Shown here: positions 1 to 11,940 of the stretch, piece by piece | How positions within the stretch are numbered: position 1 is the stretch's first letter | Layout: each line of letters opens with the position of its first letter | Assembly: GCA_965644295.1 (NCBI GenBank) | Contig: CBFFRP010000017.1 | Span: 138,355 to 202,354 of the forward strand | Origin: Paraphysomonas bandaiensis | Taxonomy: Eukaryota; Protista; Chrysophyceae | DNA: 64,000 nucleotides | Reading direction: 5' to 3' | Program-made: the position numbers and the translations under genes | The notes under the pieces: generated by a model | What the model saw: only the letters and a program-made list of their open reading frames with translations | The model's database searches: none | What the model was told of the DNA's origin: nothing

Positions 1-423
1 CTAGCCCCCTGGTCAAGAAATTAATCGAGAGCCTGTCCCTGACTGAAGCGAATTAGGAGATAGCACGTTAGGATTCTGAGACCATCAGGGGTGGGTATAT
101 TTACAGGGCTGTGGAGGCATGGAAGAAATATTGACACATTGGTCCCTCTGTGACACGCTTCCCTCGTGAAGTATCCACAAAAAGCCGTTATGAAGTGGAA
201 TGTACAGAATTGAAGATGTCTTCCCGTCCATAGATGCAGTGACCTCACTCCATGGAAGTCGTCTGAGCTCGCTAAAAAGGTCTTATATCTCTGGCTGAGC
301 AAGACCAATTATTCGATATCTACGGCAGCATATTCGCTTCAACAACATCACTTTAAGCCATCTTCTGCGAATACAATGTGCCCGGTGCTGAATCAAATCA
401 CAATAATATGTTAAATTGTTGTT

Positions 424-743
424 TGTTAGAAATAGACATTTTTAGTAATAAGACCTTTGTTAACACTTATATGGAATATTATATAATTATAAGAGATACC
501 ATACTTCATTCATTGACGTTCACCAACTCTTTCTATCTCTACTACACCAACCATTTCTAGTACGATCTTACATCGTCACTATCTTGTACAGTCAGTATAT
601 TTCAGTTTTATCACTACAATGGCTATCATATTATTGGTTCTCATACTACAGCTAGCTACTACTGTATTCTTTGAGTAACGGATATAATTCTAATATCTTG
701 GAAACTACAGCTTTTAATTGCTCACAAACAGCAAAACTCAACA
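424..743 (-). repeat. 3' LTR of copia element 1 (320 bp)
   Basis: Matches 5624-5789 except for an extra 154 bp; adjacent to the PPT. Confidence 0.95.
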
Positions 744-870
744 CTCCCTCTCAATTCAAAGCTGTAACACATGGCATAACTGACGGATACGCAACCACCG
801 AAACCGTATAGGACAAACCGGTGGACGTATGGCTCCGACGTTTCAGCTAGCCTCTCCGTAGACAACACGT

Positions 871-3800
871 TTATGAGCCTCTGTTTCGTTTGTATGAATT
901 CTCTCTGATGACATCCACAGAAGACTTCTGATCTTCTCCTAGACATCTCTTTCTATGCTTCTCGTATATAACGCCACACAAAGATTTCGTAAATATGTCT
1001 GCAGTCTGGTTATCAGTTCCAACGTGATACAATATCGCAGTGTTAAAACGTCCTTCTGGATCTACATGTTCACGCACCCAGTGGTATTTGATTTCAATGT
1101 GTTTTGATCTTTTGTGGAACACTGGATTTAATGCTAGATCACGAGCACTCTGGCTATCTAAAAAAAATGGAGTGGGTTCGTACAGTCGAAGTCCCAATTC
1201 GGCCAACACCCCCCGAAGCCACACCAGTTCTTGCATGCCAGCGTACATAGCTTGGTACTCACTCTGCTGCATTGAAGACGTAGACACAGTAACTTGTAAG
1301 ATTGATTGCCAGGTGAGTGGTCCACCTGCTGCAAACACAATGTATCCAGTTGTCGACCTTCGTGACACAGTATCGCCTGCCCAGTCAGCGTCTGTGAAAA
1401 TATGCATGTCAAAGCTCTTACCACTGAACCGAATACCTTTCCGCACAGTACCCCTGATGTATTGTAACAAATAAGTCATCAACTTGCATGTAGCCTTTGT
1501 TGGTTTCGAAGCATATCGTGACAATAGGCCAACAGCATACGCAATATCTGGACGCGTATTCATTGATAGATATAGCATGGCACCTAGTAAGCTACGATAG
1601 GGATAATTGTCGACTCCCTCTTCCTCCTGAGATGAGTTCTCACTATCAGTGCAATTAATCCTGTCCATGGCATCTACAGGTAGTGGGGATTTGCGAACTT
1701 TGTTTGAAGGTCCAAGGAATGCTGCATATTTGGTGAGAATTTTTTCAGCGTATGTCGATTGGTCAAGTTGAATATAATTCTTGGTCCTTGTAACTCGAAC
1801 GTTGAGAAAATGCTCTAATTCTCCCATGTCTGACATGTCAAATCTTTCACAAAACCGTTTCTTGATTTCTGTCAAAATAGTCAGATCCGCACAAGCGATT
1901 ACTATATCATCAACGTATATGGTTAAGTACACACGATGACCTTTGTACATCATATAATATAGACATGGTTCTAAAATGCAGGGTTTGAATCCCAAAGACT
2001 TTATAAATCCATGTATGGTCTTCCACCATGAACGTGGAGAACTCCGAAGGCCATATAGTGAGCGATATAGTTTGAAACAGTGTCCTGGTGGCAACTGAAA
2101 ATCGGGAGGAGGGTCCATGTACACGTCTCCTTCGATTTTAGCATAACAGAATGCATTCGACACGTCAAGTTGATGGATGTGCATACTAAACATGAAAGCA
2201 AGGGCAATGATTAGTCTAACCGTAATCGATTTCACCACAGGAGCAAATGTATTTTCGACGTCTATACCTGTCCTTTGACCATATCCCAGAGCGACCAGAC
2301 GAGCTTTATGCTTTTTTATTGATCCATCTTTATTGTATTTTCGTTTGAACACATATCTGGACTTTAGAGGTCTAACACCAGGTGGCGTCTCAACGACATT
2401 AAACACTTCCCGCTTGAATAATGCATTCCGTTCTAATCGTCTAGCTTCCTTCCAATTTGAAGCTTCAGGACATGTCAATGACTCTTCATACGTCTCAGGC
2501 TCTCTATAAGTAGACGAGTTAGACATAAGTGCGCAATCACTCTCATCACACAAGTTAACAATCTCCTCGTCATGGAGAAGGTTTACCTCACCCAGGGTGG
2601 ACACATTAGTCAACACCCTTCGGATTCGCGTACGTTTACCACTGGTCTCCCTTGACTCAGCATGTACAGTACCACTATTCTCACTTGGCACACAAGAAGG
2701 TACATTCTCAAAGACACGATTCGCGCTGACCCCACTCGGTACAGCACCCGCACTACTCTCCGGCAAAGTACGAAGGGACATTCTCTTCCCTGGAATCTCA
2801 TCCGCCGTAGACTTATTGGGCGTGTCACCCGAAGCCGGCGTAGATGACGATCCACCTCTCTTGTCGTCACAAGAACGAGGTTTTGAGTACAGCCTGCGGT
2901 TATAGTCACCAGTCAACTCGGCAATATCACGTACGTGAATAGGGACTTTTTCTTCTATCTGCTCTTTCCCAGCAGTTACTAGCGCCCTAAACGCCACAAT
3001 TAGTCCTTTTCGCACCACAACTCTCGTAGTCTTGAAGAGAAACCCGTCGTCCACATGATACGAACCAATCAGATGTTTAAACTCTTCAACTGATCGATCT
3101 AATGGGTCAGTTTTGACTATAAGGCCTCTTCAAGCTCTGCATAGTACTCCTTATCTCTTGGAGGTATACTTTCATCATACAGAACATGTACTGATACGAC
3201 TTCTTTGTCACCAAGCCACACACGGGATCCCTTTTTCGTATTGGATAGACCTATGAAATACCCAGTCTGCGACTTCTCCTGCCAGTCCTTTCGACGATCA
3301 CCTTTGGGAATAAGCACATAAGCCTTGCACCCCCAGCGTCGAAATCTCGATAAGTCAGGGACTGAACCTCCTGGGACGCATTCCATTGGAGACATCCAAC
3401 CTCGATATGTACGTGTAGGCATTCGTCGAACTATCATGCATGCATATACATAAGCATCCCACCAAAAAATTACGGGTAATCCTGAGTCCATTAACAGAGC
3501 CAGAGTCATTTCTCCCAATGTTCGATTCCTACGCTCAGATACACCATTCATCTCAGGGCTGTCTGTGGAGCTCCAAGTGATGCTAGTTCCAAACTTGCTC
3601 ATTAAGTATTGCTGAATGGACTTGTCGATCAACTCAGCCCCCCCATCCGAATGGTACTGTATCAACCGGTGTGAACCGGGATATGTAGGGAGTTTACGCT
3701 CAACCCAGTCCTTCACGCAACTCAACACCTCATTCGCAGACCGTGTCTCCAACGGATATTCCCAAAACTCCTTGGTGGCTATATCTGATAATGTCAGAAC

Positions 3801-5624
3801 ATATTTGTATCCTTGTCTGGATGGGCAATTGAAATATACAGCAATGTCCACAGAAACCTTCTCAAGGAACTCTGTAGCTTGCAGTTCGTCATCTCTCTTT
3901 GCGGTGAATGATTTCCTTGTCATCTTTGATTTTGCGCAAGCTTTACAAATACCTTTCATTTTTCGTAAACTCTTCTTGCTGAGATGTCGTCGGGTTAATC
4001 CGCTCCCGGTAAAAAGTCTGTGTTTAAACGCTTCAATCAGCTTATGTTTGCTGACGTGTCCACAGCGCTTGTGTAACATCTCTAACGGATCTTCATGCAC
4101 CTTGTCGGACAAATATACTTCCTCCAGCATTGTCAAATTTGGAAGATCAAGTATTTCCTGTAAATTTACATAAGGCATTCCGTTGCTTGAGTAGGTTGCC
4201 TCCAATACAGTCTCCCCAGTATCAAGTCGCACAACAGTGGGCTTGTTCAACAACTGCAATCCATACCCGTGAGAACGGAGTATTCCTCCAGAGCAGATAT
4301 TCTTGACTGATCCAGGGCAGATCTTGATGTCAGTCCAATCGCCAAAGCCTCCAGTTTCCTCATAGTGTAAACTGGATCCAGCTCTGGTTGTCTGTATATT
4401 TCCATCCTCCTTCTTGACCGTATGAAGGAAATTTCTGTCCTTAACAATGAACAGTTTATTAGAGGCACAGCTGTCTAAATACACGGGTTCATCGGAAGTG
4501 TGTAGCACCTCTTCAGAGACACATGAATCATCATGCGGTTCCTCATACATAATCATGTTCACAGAGTCCGAATCTTCCTCTTGCTCCTCTCTCCGCAAAA
4601 AACGATTCCAATCTGTGCGTTTTGCAGGCTTTTCGTCCAAAAATGGCCGGTTTTTGTCTCCTTGGGCAGAGTCACTACGTACTTGAGCACGAAATTTGCA
4701 CTTATACGCACGATGTCTGGTGTCTCCACATACATAGCAGCCATCTGATTTTTTCTTCTCGTTGTTGTCTCTGCGACTCTCAGATCGATTCCTAGCGCCA
4801 CGACTCTTTCCCTGCCTTCTTAATTTCGCGATCTTAAGGTCTCTCTTCTTCTTCCAGCACGATTTCTGTGAGTGACCCCGTTTGCCACATTTGGGATAGC
4901 TGCACACCTCATTTTCATCAGCAGTGGAATTCATGTTTACTTCGTCGGTGCCTTTTTTCGGGACACCTTTTGCCTGATCGTATCTCCTGCATATGGTGAT
5001 CATATCAATAAAGGTTATGTCACCTTGTAGGTAGAGATTGGTGTACAATTGCTCCAAATCGCTTCGTGTTTCGAGGGCAGTCTGTAACTTCGTTTTTTTA
5101 GCGATGTCAGTGGGTGGTTCCCCCAACTCGGACATTTTTTGACAGATGCCGTTTAGTCGATCGATTGCTGCGCACACGAGTTCCCCCGGTAGAATTTTGA
5201 ATCCTGCAAACTTCTTATTCAATTCAACTAATTCATATTGGATTTCCCCTCGAAACCGAACAATTAACCTAGAGATGAGTTCACTCGCTAACTGCTCTTT
5301 ATCAGGATGGTCCTGCGGGAGCATATCCTTTTCCCGGAAGTACTGATCCACGATCTCAAGGGCTTCAGCGACTGGTTGAACAGCTTCAAATATCGAACTG
5401 ATGCACGTGTCTTTCCTCTCCAGCCACTTGTCCAGATCCTCCTTGTACTTATTTCGGACTGTCACTGGCGCATTATTTGCTGGTCTTACTGGACGGTCCT
5501 CTAGACCCAGATGGTTCCTGTTCTTCCTCATCAACCACACTTTCAGATTCTTTGACCAATTCACTACACCGAACTGATCAAATTTAGGAAGAAGTTTCCA
5601 CTCCGAACTACCATCCGCTACCAT
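871..5624 (-). pseudogene. Copia gag-pol polyprotein with one frameshift near 3120-3130
   Basis: CCHC knuckles (CSYPKCGKRGHSQKSC, CYVCGDTRHRAYKC), protease YLDSCAS, GAG-pre-integrase HKRCGH..CKAC, integrase core (YHSDGG, NGVSERRN), RT (YVDDI) and RNase H (FTDADWAG, KHIEIKYHWVRE). The two ORFs join if one base is restored at EEAL/IVKTD. Confidence 0.9.
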
Positions 5625-5789
5625 GTTAGAAATAGACATTTTTAGTAATAAGACCTTTGTTAACACTTATATGGAATATTATATAATTATAAGAGATACC
5701 ATACTTCATTCATTGACGTTCACCAACTCTTTCTATCTCTACTACACCAACCATTTCTAGTACGATCTTACAAACAGCAAAACTCAACA
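5624..5789 (-). repeat. 5' LTR of copia element 1 with a 154-bp internal deletion
   Basis: Colinear with 424-743 but joins GCTGTTTGT directly to AAGATCG (minus strand). Confidence 0.93.
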
Positions 5790-5990
5790 TTGTTTACATA
5801 CATCATTCGGTCGAATGTAGGTGAATATCGCCAAAGTCGATAAAAAAGTCGGTAACCTCATTTTCTTTTAGATCGAGGTTGCCGCGTAAATCTCGAGTTT
5901 CTCGAGATTTATTCATGTATGGTACGAAACTGGCCGAGTTTTGGCCTTGTATGGGGTGAGCCTTATATCACAATATGGCTTGCTTCAAAA

Positions 5991-6076
5991 ACTAGTACAA
6001 CAATGTAATATATCGAATTCCTACAACAGATGCACTAGTACATCAATGTAATATATCAAATTCCTACAACAGATGC
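5991..6076. repeat. 43-bp tandem duplication downstream of the ADP/ATP carrier gene
   Basis: ACTAGTACAaCAATGTAATATATCgAATTCCTACAACAGATGC x2 with 2 mismatches. Confidence 0.9.
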
Positions 6077-6154
6077 AAATGATTGTATAACGTAAGCCGA
6101 GTACTAATTGATTATGGAGAAGCAAATACACTGACAAGCAAAGGGCTAACTAGT

Positions 6155-7096
6155 TTATTTGAATCCCAATACGTTCTTGATCTCACCGTAGAGAACAAGG
6201 ACAAGAGCAGACCCAACGGTACGAAGAGCATTGGCACCAGCACCCTTGAACATAGCGGCAACACCCTCGTCCTTCATAACCTTGGCGAAACAGTCGGCGG
6301 TACCCTTGTACATCCACTCGCTCTTGGGCTTCTCGGACTGCATCTGAAGACGACGACGAACAGTGTCGAATGGGTATGAAGCGTAACCTGCGGTAATGGC
6401 TGTGAGCTGAGCAATGCAGAACTTGGAGGCGATTCCAAGAGGGGTGCTATCGTTCTTGAGAGGGTTCAAGTCGGAGAGAGAATCGTACATGCCGAAGTAG
6501 ACACCTCTGTAAGGGATAATTCCTGCAACAGAGACGCCGAATCCGTTGTACAGACCAAAGAACCCACTGGGTCCCTTGGCAGTCTTGATGAGGCAATCAG
6601 AGAGACCGTTGAAAGATCTCTTTCCACTGCCAACATCAGAGGCAAGACGAGTTCTGGCGTAGTCCAGAGGGTACACAATGCAAAGGGATCCTGCACCAGC
6701 AAGACCACCAGAAGCCATGTTGGTCAAAAAGAACATACCAAATTCAGTCTTGGAGTTGTACTTGGGGAAGAGGGTCTTGATGGTATCTTTGAAGGCAAAG
6801 TTGAAAGCCTGAGTGGGAAAGTAACGGATGACGTTGGTGAAGTTTCCACGCCAGAAAGATGCGATTCCCTGCTCAGATGCCACACGAGTGAAGCAGTTCA
6901 TGATTCCAGTGTAGCGAGGCACTTCCCCAGAGCGGATCAAGGGGTTAGAGTCCTGAGTCTGGATAATAAGCTTGACACGCTCAATAGGAGCAGTGCAGGT
7001 CTTGGCAATGGCGCCAGAAACACCACCGGCGGCGAAATCCACCAAAAAGTTGGATTCGGCCTTCTTCTGCTTGGGTTTGCTCTGCTGCTCGGACAT
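6155..7096 (-). CDS. AAC: Mitochondrial ADP/ATP carrier
   Basis: APIERVKL, FWRGNFTNVIRYFPTQAFNFAFKD, YPLDYARTRLA, and the RRRLQMQ version of the RRRMMM signature. Intronless; start MSEQQ at 7096. Confidence 0.97.
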   Translation of the reverse strand: MSEQQSKPKQKKAESNFLVDFAAGGVSGAIAKTCTAPIERVKLIIQTQDSNPLIRSGEVPRYTGIMNCFTRVASEQGIASFWRGNFTNVIRYFPTQAFNFAFKDTIKTLFPKYNSKTEFGMFFLTNMASGGLAGAGSLCIVYPLDYARTRLASDVGSGKRSFNGLSDCLIKTAKGPSGFFGLYNGFGVSVAGIIPYRGVYFGMYDSLSDLNPLKNDSTPLGIASKFCIAQLTAITAGYASYPFDTVRRRLQMQSEKPKSEWMYKGTADCFAKVMKDEGVAAMFKGAGANALRTVGSALVLVLYGEIKNVLGFK

Positions 7097-7653
7097 CTTC
7101 TCTAACAGTTTATTAACTTCGGCTAAAGTAATTATGACTGCTCGCCAATAGTTCTCAGCTGCCGTCTGTGCGATGAGTAGTTCGATGACGCTCATCTAAG
7201 CCACTGAATTGCATAATTCATATCTTCAGTGGACATACGAGTGTTTCAGTTTCTAGAACATCTGTTTTACGCCTGAGTTGCCGTATGTTCAGAGTGTAGA
7301 CTTGGGCTGAAAATTTCACATACACACCGTATTCCGGTATTCTGTATTCCTTTGAATACTTGAAATGTATTTGTATTTGATCCACATGTTTGTCCTGCTA
7401 CAGTCTGTGTGTATCTGGTATAGGTATACACAGTGCGGCGTGGCGGTGTGTGTTGCAGTGTGTATGGAAGTTACGTATGCGGAACAGACAGTGAAATTAG
7501 AATATGAGCCTCCATCACAACTAACTAACCTGTAGACGCAGTCCGGTCCAGTCCCTTATGAGGAACCACAATCCGTCATGAGGGCGCACATAACACATCA
7601 CTAATACCAATCTCATCCTATCCTATCCTATAATAAGAGGGCCCTAGAGAGGT

Positions 7654-8645
7654 ATGGGGGATGAGAGGGCGAAGGACTACGTCAGCTATCGTCCCAACAG
7701 TCAGCAGTATGGATGGTTTGAAGATTTCGAAGTTTCACATGATATACACGAGTCGTTTACGGTTGAAGACAGTGGCGTAACAGTGAGTGTGGATGAAGAG
7801 CCTGTTCGTCGAGCTCTGTCTCTTCCGCCTCCAGCCACAGACCCCCCTGTATATATACTAGAATCAACACTAGACTCACAGCACTTGTGGTACACGACTG
7901 CCGGTACACGCCCACGGCAGCCAATTGAAGAGAAAAAATTTTATGAACAACAATGGCGAAAAAATTTTGCAGAGTCGAAAGTAATATATGCCGATGACGC
8001 AACAGCCACAGATGCTGAACCGAGAGAAAACTTAAAAAATTTGCAGATTGAGTTCAATGAAGATGTCTTATTCCGCGGACGAGGTCCATTCTCCAATGCC
8101 GTGTCGAAGTCTTTCATGGGACACTGCCTTTCATGTCTTACTGTGCAGGTATTCATTATTCTCAATTCGGATCATACTTTGGTGATATTTTATTAGATTC
8201 CACGATTTAAAATAGTTCGGAGCCGAGAGCAACGCGAAGGCTACCATGCACAGTTTTTAGTGGCTGTGTCAATTGGGAGTGTGACACATGGGGTGTGGCG
8301 GCGACATTCTCATTTTAAGGCTCTCAGTGAAAAGGTATATGGTACAACATGGGTAAGTGTGTGTAACAGATGTATGCTGTAGTTATGCCAGATCAGTTCC
8401 ACTGCTGGAGGCGGTTCATATAAAAATTCAATGCTCTCTTGGCAGTGTGTGGTCAATCGACAGAAGTGGTTTAGGTGCCTTGATAAGGTACGCACGTGAT
8501 CTGATATTGTATATATTTAACCGCACTTGTAATGCAGCAATACGTGTCATTGAAATGCTTCCTTCTTGAGAGATTCATGCACGACGTGCTTTTTGAGTCT
8601 TCTACGCCTGATATAATTATAGACTTCCTCGGACTTTCGACTTAG
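7654..8645 (+). CDS. Conserved hypothetical protein with PX-like C-terminal region (4 exons)
   Basis: GT-AG introns near 8149, 8335 and 8488. The spliced product continues IPRFKIV...VWRRHSHFKAL...KWFRCLDKQYVSLKCFLLERFMHDVLFES to a stop at 8645. Confidence 0.7.
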
Positions 8646-9164
8646 AGTCGCCTGATGTGCATCCATCGTTTAAGGCAACCCTGTTGTAGTGTCCTTTTCA
8701 AATCACTGGTCAGTTCTGTATGCGGTGTGCAATTGGCGGCAAGTGAATTGCATAGGGAATTGTATAGTTTTTTGTTACATATTATTACACTTTGGTTAGC
8801 ATTTGCCGCAGAGCAGGAGTAGTATAACATGCCTACCGTGGTGATATCAAAGAATATGCGGTGAAATATTTTTTGTGGTCCATAATAGAAAATAATTAAG
8901 AGTTCGTATTGTTTGCATACGGCACAATGAATATGGAATATGTGTGATATTCAAACGCTGGTCAGGCTACTAATGGTATACACGTATATACCTTCGCAAC
9001 TATTTCTCGCAATTCTCACTCGGGGCCTCTGTTCGTGAGTGTAGTGCAGAGTGTTGTACGTTTTAATACGTTGATATTAATAACTCATACTTATCCACCA
9101 CATACGTTAGTGTGGTAACTGTGCATAAATAAAATGTCACAATATTATATACATTATATCTAAA

Positions 9165-9455
9165 TAAATCTTGGGTTCGAAGAACGCTCATATTAGCATC
9201 GGGTAAATATAGACATTCATCTTCAATATTCGGTTAAATAGAAACTCCCTTCTATCATATTTTATGGAATATGGAAAATGGACAGTCCTTTGTCATTTGT
9301 ATGAAATTTCATTGAATTAAGCACAATAATGAGCCAACGTTCTAAATCAGATTATAAAACACTTCTTGTAGCAATGTTCTATCGTTTGTTTGATGTAGAA
9401 TATTATAATGATGCCAGTGGAAGCGTTCTACATTCATAGCGAACATAACTGCAGA
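9165..9455 (-). repeat. Diverged inverted copy of the interspersed repeat at ~53135-53420
   Basis: CATTCATCTTCAATATTCGGTTAAATAGAAACTCCCTTCTATC and its flanks align with the reverse complement of ~53135-53420. Confidence 0.75.
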
Positions 9456-9804
9456 AAAGTTCTTATGCCATCCTCAACAAAGTTGGACTAGCACCTTTTC
9501 GTGGTGTTCTGGGGGATAAGTACTGGAGGCATTTCTCCGGGAAACTAACGTGAGCATAATATATAGTCAGCAGAGATGTTCTGCTTGTGTGATGCAAGGG
9601 CCACTAATACGTCTTTTGGCTCTGACGAATAAACAGGCATCTAGGAATGGGGCCGTCTCAAGGATAGCCGGTGTATTAGACTGTTTCGTAAAGTCAAGCA
9701 TTCGGGCTTGTTCACCTCAAGGACTCAAAAATCCTGAAGTCAGCAGATATATCACCATTCTGCTAGCTCACTGCGTTTGCTTTGAGTGATAGAGCGAAAG
9801 TGGT

Positions 9805-9935
9805 TTTACCTTGGTGCTCGCGGTGATGCACAAGCAGCTCTCGTAATGTGAAATCGTAGGATATCAGAGTTAAGCACACTAGTTAACTAGCTCTGACTTT
9901 TAAACGCCTATTATTGCTAATAATAAGACACTCAC
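9805..9935 (+). mobile_element. 3' UTR fragment of the KGRPPD non-LTR family
   Basis: TTGGTGCTCGCGGTGATGCACAAGCAGC...GTAGGATAT...CTAGTTA...GCTAATAATAAGAC matches the reverse complements of 32290-32440 and 48665-48835. Confidence 0.75.
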
Positions 9936-10829
9936 TACTTAAAAAATGTCACAACTACTACTGATGGTAATTTGAAGCAGTGGCACCCATTTAGGGTGGT
10001 ACTGAACAAGATTGTGTGCCTCATAATATATATCATACACATATACATAGCATTTGAGTCAGTGTCACAAGCAGAGGTTAAGCGTTGTATATAAAGGTAA
10101 TGACGAAACAACACAAGATGTTTCGTGCGATCACGTTTATGTACGAATTGCGGGACCATCTGTGGAAGGAGTACATTAAATTTTATATGCTGTAGCAATT
10201 ATTGTTGAAATTTGGGGAGTTTTTGTTTTATAGTTAATATGTACTGCATATTATATATGATACAATAATATATTTTGATTTGATACAATAATACTTTCTT
10301 TGATGTTGTTCATATTTTGATCTTAGTAGGGAGCACCTACATCCACTTACAGCAAAAAGGCACAAGTAGCTGTACATTTTCTAAATATTCGATTTTCAAC
10401 ATCATCATGAATGAGATGATAAGCTAGGGATATAAGGAGTACCGTCTCTTGGCAAGTACTTTCCGCCACCGTTTCAAAATGTTGAGCTTGGGGCGATATA
10501 TATAGCCTCCTGAGGTTAAATATAATATTATAACTTAGTATACTACGTGTTGAGCGATAGCTATACAGTATTATACCACTAATCACAATGTTGTAAAAAG
10601 CACTTGTTGTAAAAATGTAAATATATATATGAGCTATAATTTCTGAAAGATTTGCTTTTTATTTAAGTTCTATTGCATATAGTATATTGTATTGTTAAGA
10701 TATTGATTGGTCAAGCGGCTAGAACAAAAATATAGCAATATTATATTGCTGATGGGACTCTAGGGCGCTAGAGGCCTGCAACTATTGTCAATTGTTGAAA
10801 TCGGGAAAGAATATAATAATTAAGATTAT

Positions 10830-11930
10830 AACTGACATCAGCCTTCTACAACTAAGTCAACTAATTGCATGGAATATACACAATAATTACAACTATAATA
10901 ATTGCTCGCTGGAAGGTTGCAATTAAATACCTAGAATTAGAACTTGGAAAACATTATAAGGACGGTGGCCATTTACTGCGGCAATCTGAACGAAAGTGGT
11001 CGCACAAGCACCAAGGTGTGACCACTTCTGTTCAAATGTTGATTGTTGATTGTGAGGTTCGCCATGATCGTGTGTCCCACGACTCACTGGCGTGTGTGAT
11101 CAGGGGTCTCCCCTTGGGTTGAGATTCCATCGGGCTCTGAGGTACAGGGTTATGTATTAAGGTCCTGTGTGTGGACTGAGAGGTGGGTGGAGAGGTGGAA
11201 TGTGACGTTGTCTCAGTGCACCGTTTGGGCCTCAGGCATAGGTAGGTAGGTAGGTAGAAGTAAGAAGATGTGCCATTAGATGCTGTATCCTATTTCATGT
11301 CCGAGTAGGTTACTGGAGCTAGTGGGGTATTGTGTAGAGCAGGTGCTGGGGTTGCTATAATATCAGATTGAGAGGATCTAGTAGTAACGGAAGACCTCCA
11401 TTTGACGGGAAAGTAATCAGTGAGCAGCAAGTGGTGGAGTGGATATTATTGGAGATTTGGTTTGTCTAGTCCCCGTAAATTTTTGCGGTCCGTCACCACT
11501 ATAGTCAGAGGAATATCCCTTCCCTTTGTGAGTGTATGAGGGGTGGTTGCAGGACTGTCGCTGTTGTGTCCCTTGAACTCTCCTGGACCTATATGGTGAT
11601 TCCTTGTGGAGACGAATGCTTACAAGTGTAGGAATTGTTTCTAGTAGTGGATGAAGCTCCGATTCAACAGGGTACTTGGTGTCAAGGAAGGAGTGGTTCT
11701 CCGAACAGAACACATCATCATGAGAGGGGGTGATTGAGTGGTGTAGGAAGGAAGGAAGAATGGAAAGTAGACCAGTACGCCCAGTTATGTCCGAGATCTG
11801 CGGGAGATTCCTGCCAAACTCGGATTCGTATTATTAGTGTGTGTTGGTACGTTGGTACTGTGTGTACGGTATATCTAGTGAGGTCACTTTACCTTTTTTG
11901 TGTCAGTAAGACCAGTGGTACTGGAATTCT
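10830..11930 (-). mobile_element. Diverged, longer copy of the KGRPPD non-LTR family
   Basis: Minus strand near 11100-11160 encodes LIHNPVPQSPMESQPKGRP, vs LIQNPPSQSPEEPHPKGRPPD at 32512-32580. The 3' UTR motif CACCTTGGTGCTTG is retained at ~11005-11020. The 5' limit is uncertain. Confidence 0.65.
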
Positions 11931-11940
11931 AAGGTAGTCC

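Larger units (their letters stand above)
424..5789 (-). mobile_element. Ty1/copia LTR retrotransposon, full length (element 1)
   Basis: TG...CA LTRs at 424-743 and 5624-5789; 5-bp TSD TTGTT at 419-423 and 5790-5794; PPT GAGAGGGAG at 744-752 (minus); PBS TGGTAGCGGATGG directly after the 5' LTR; domain order gag-PR-INT-RT-RH. Confidence 0.97.
1..5962 (-). mobile_element. PIF/Harbinger-like DNA transposon relic, interrupted by the copia element at 424-5789
   Basis: Minus strand of 1-400 has stop-ridden peptides resembling a Harbinger transposase N-terminus (RRLPWSEV..., RLSINFLTRG vs typical RLxITLRFLAGG). The right end reads GGCTCACCCCATAC on the minus strand and is followed by TTA at 5963-5965, a typical PIF target. 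The other end is outside the window. Confidence 0.4.

Noticed and set aside
5625-5666. ORF-track N-terminal extension of gag 1 (MLTKVLLLKMSISN)
   Set aside because: It lies inside the LTR and has no counterpart in element 2; similarity starts at MVADG. The internal AUG cannot be fully excluded.
7097-7195. 33-aa extension of the ADP/ATP carrier
   Set aside because: No carrier-like character; MSEQQ is a typical start.
10190-10810. Possible additional hAT ends (TAGAG..., ATTGTTGAAAT repeats)
   Set aside because: No matching TIR pair or TSD could be established.
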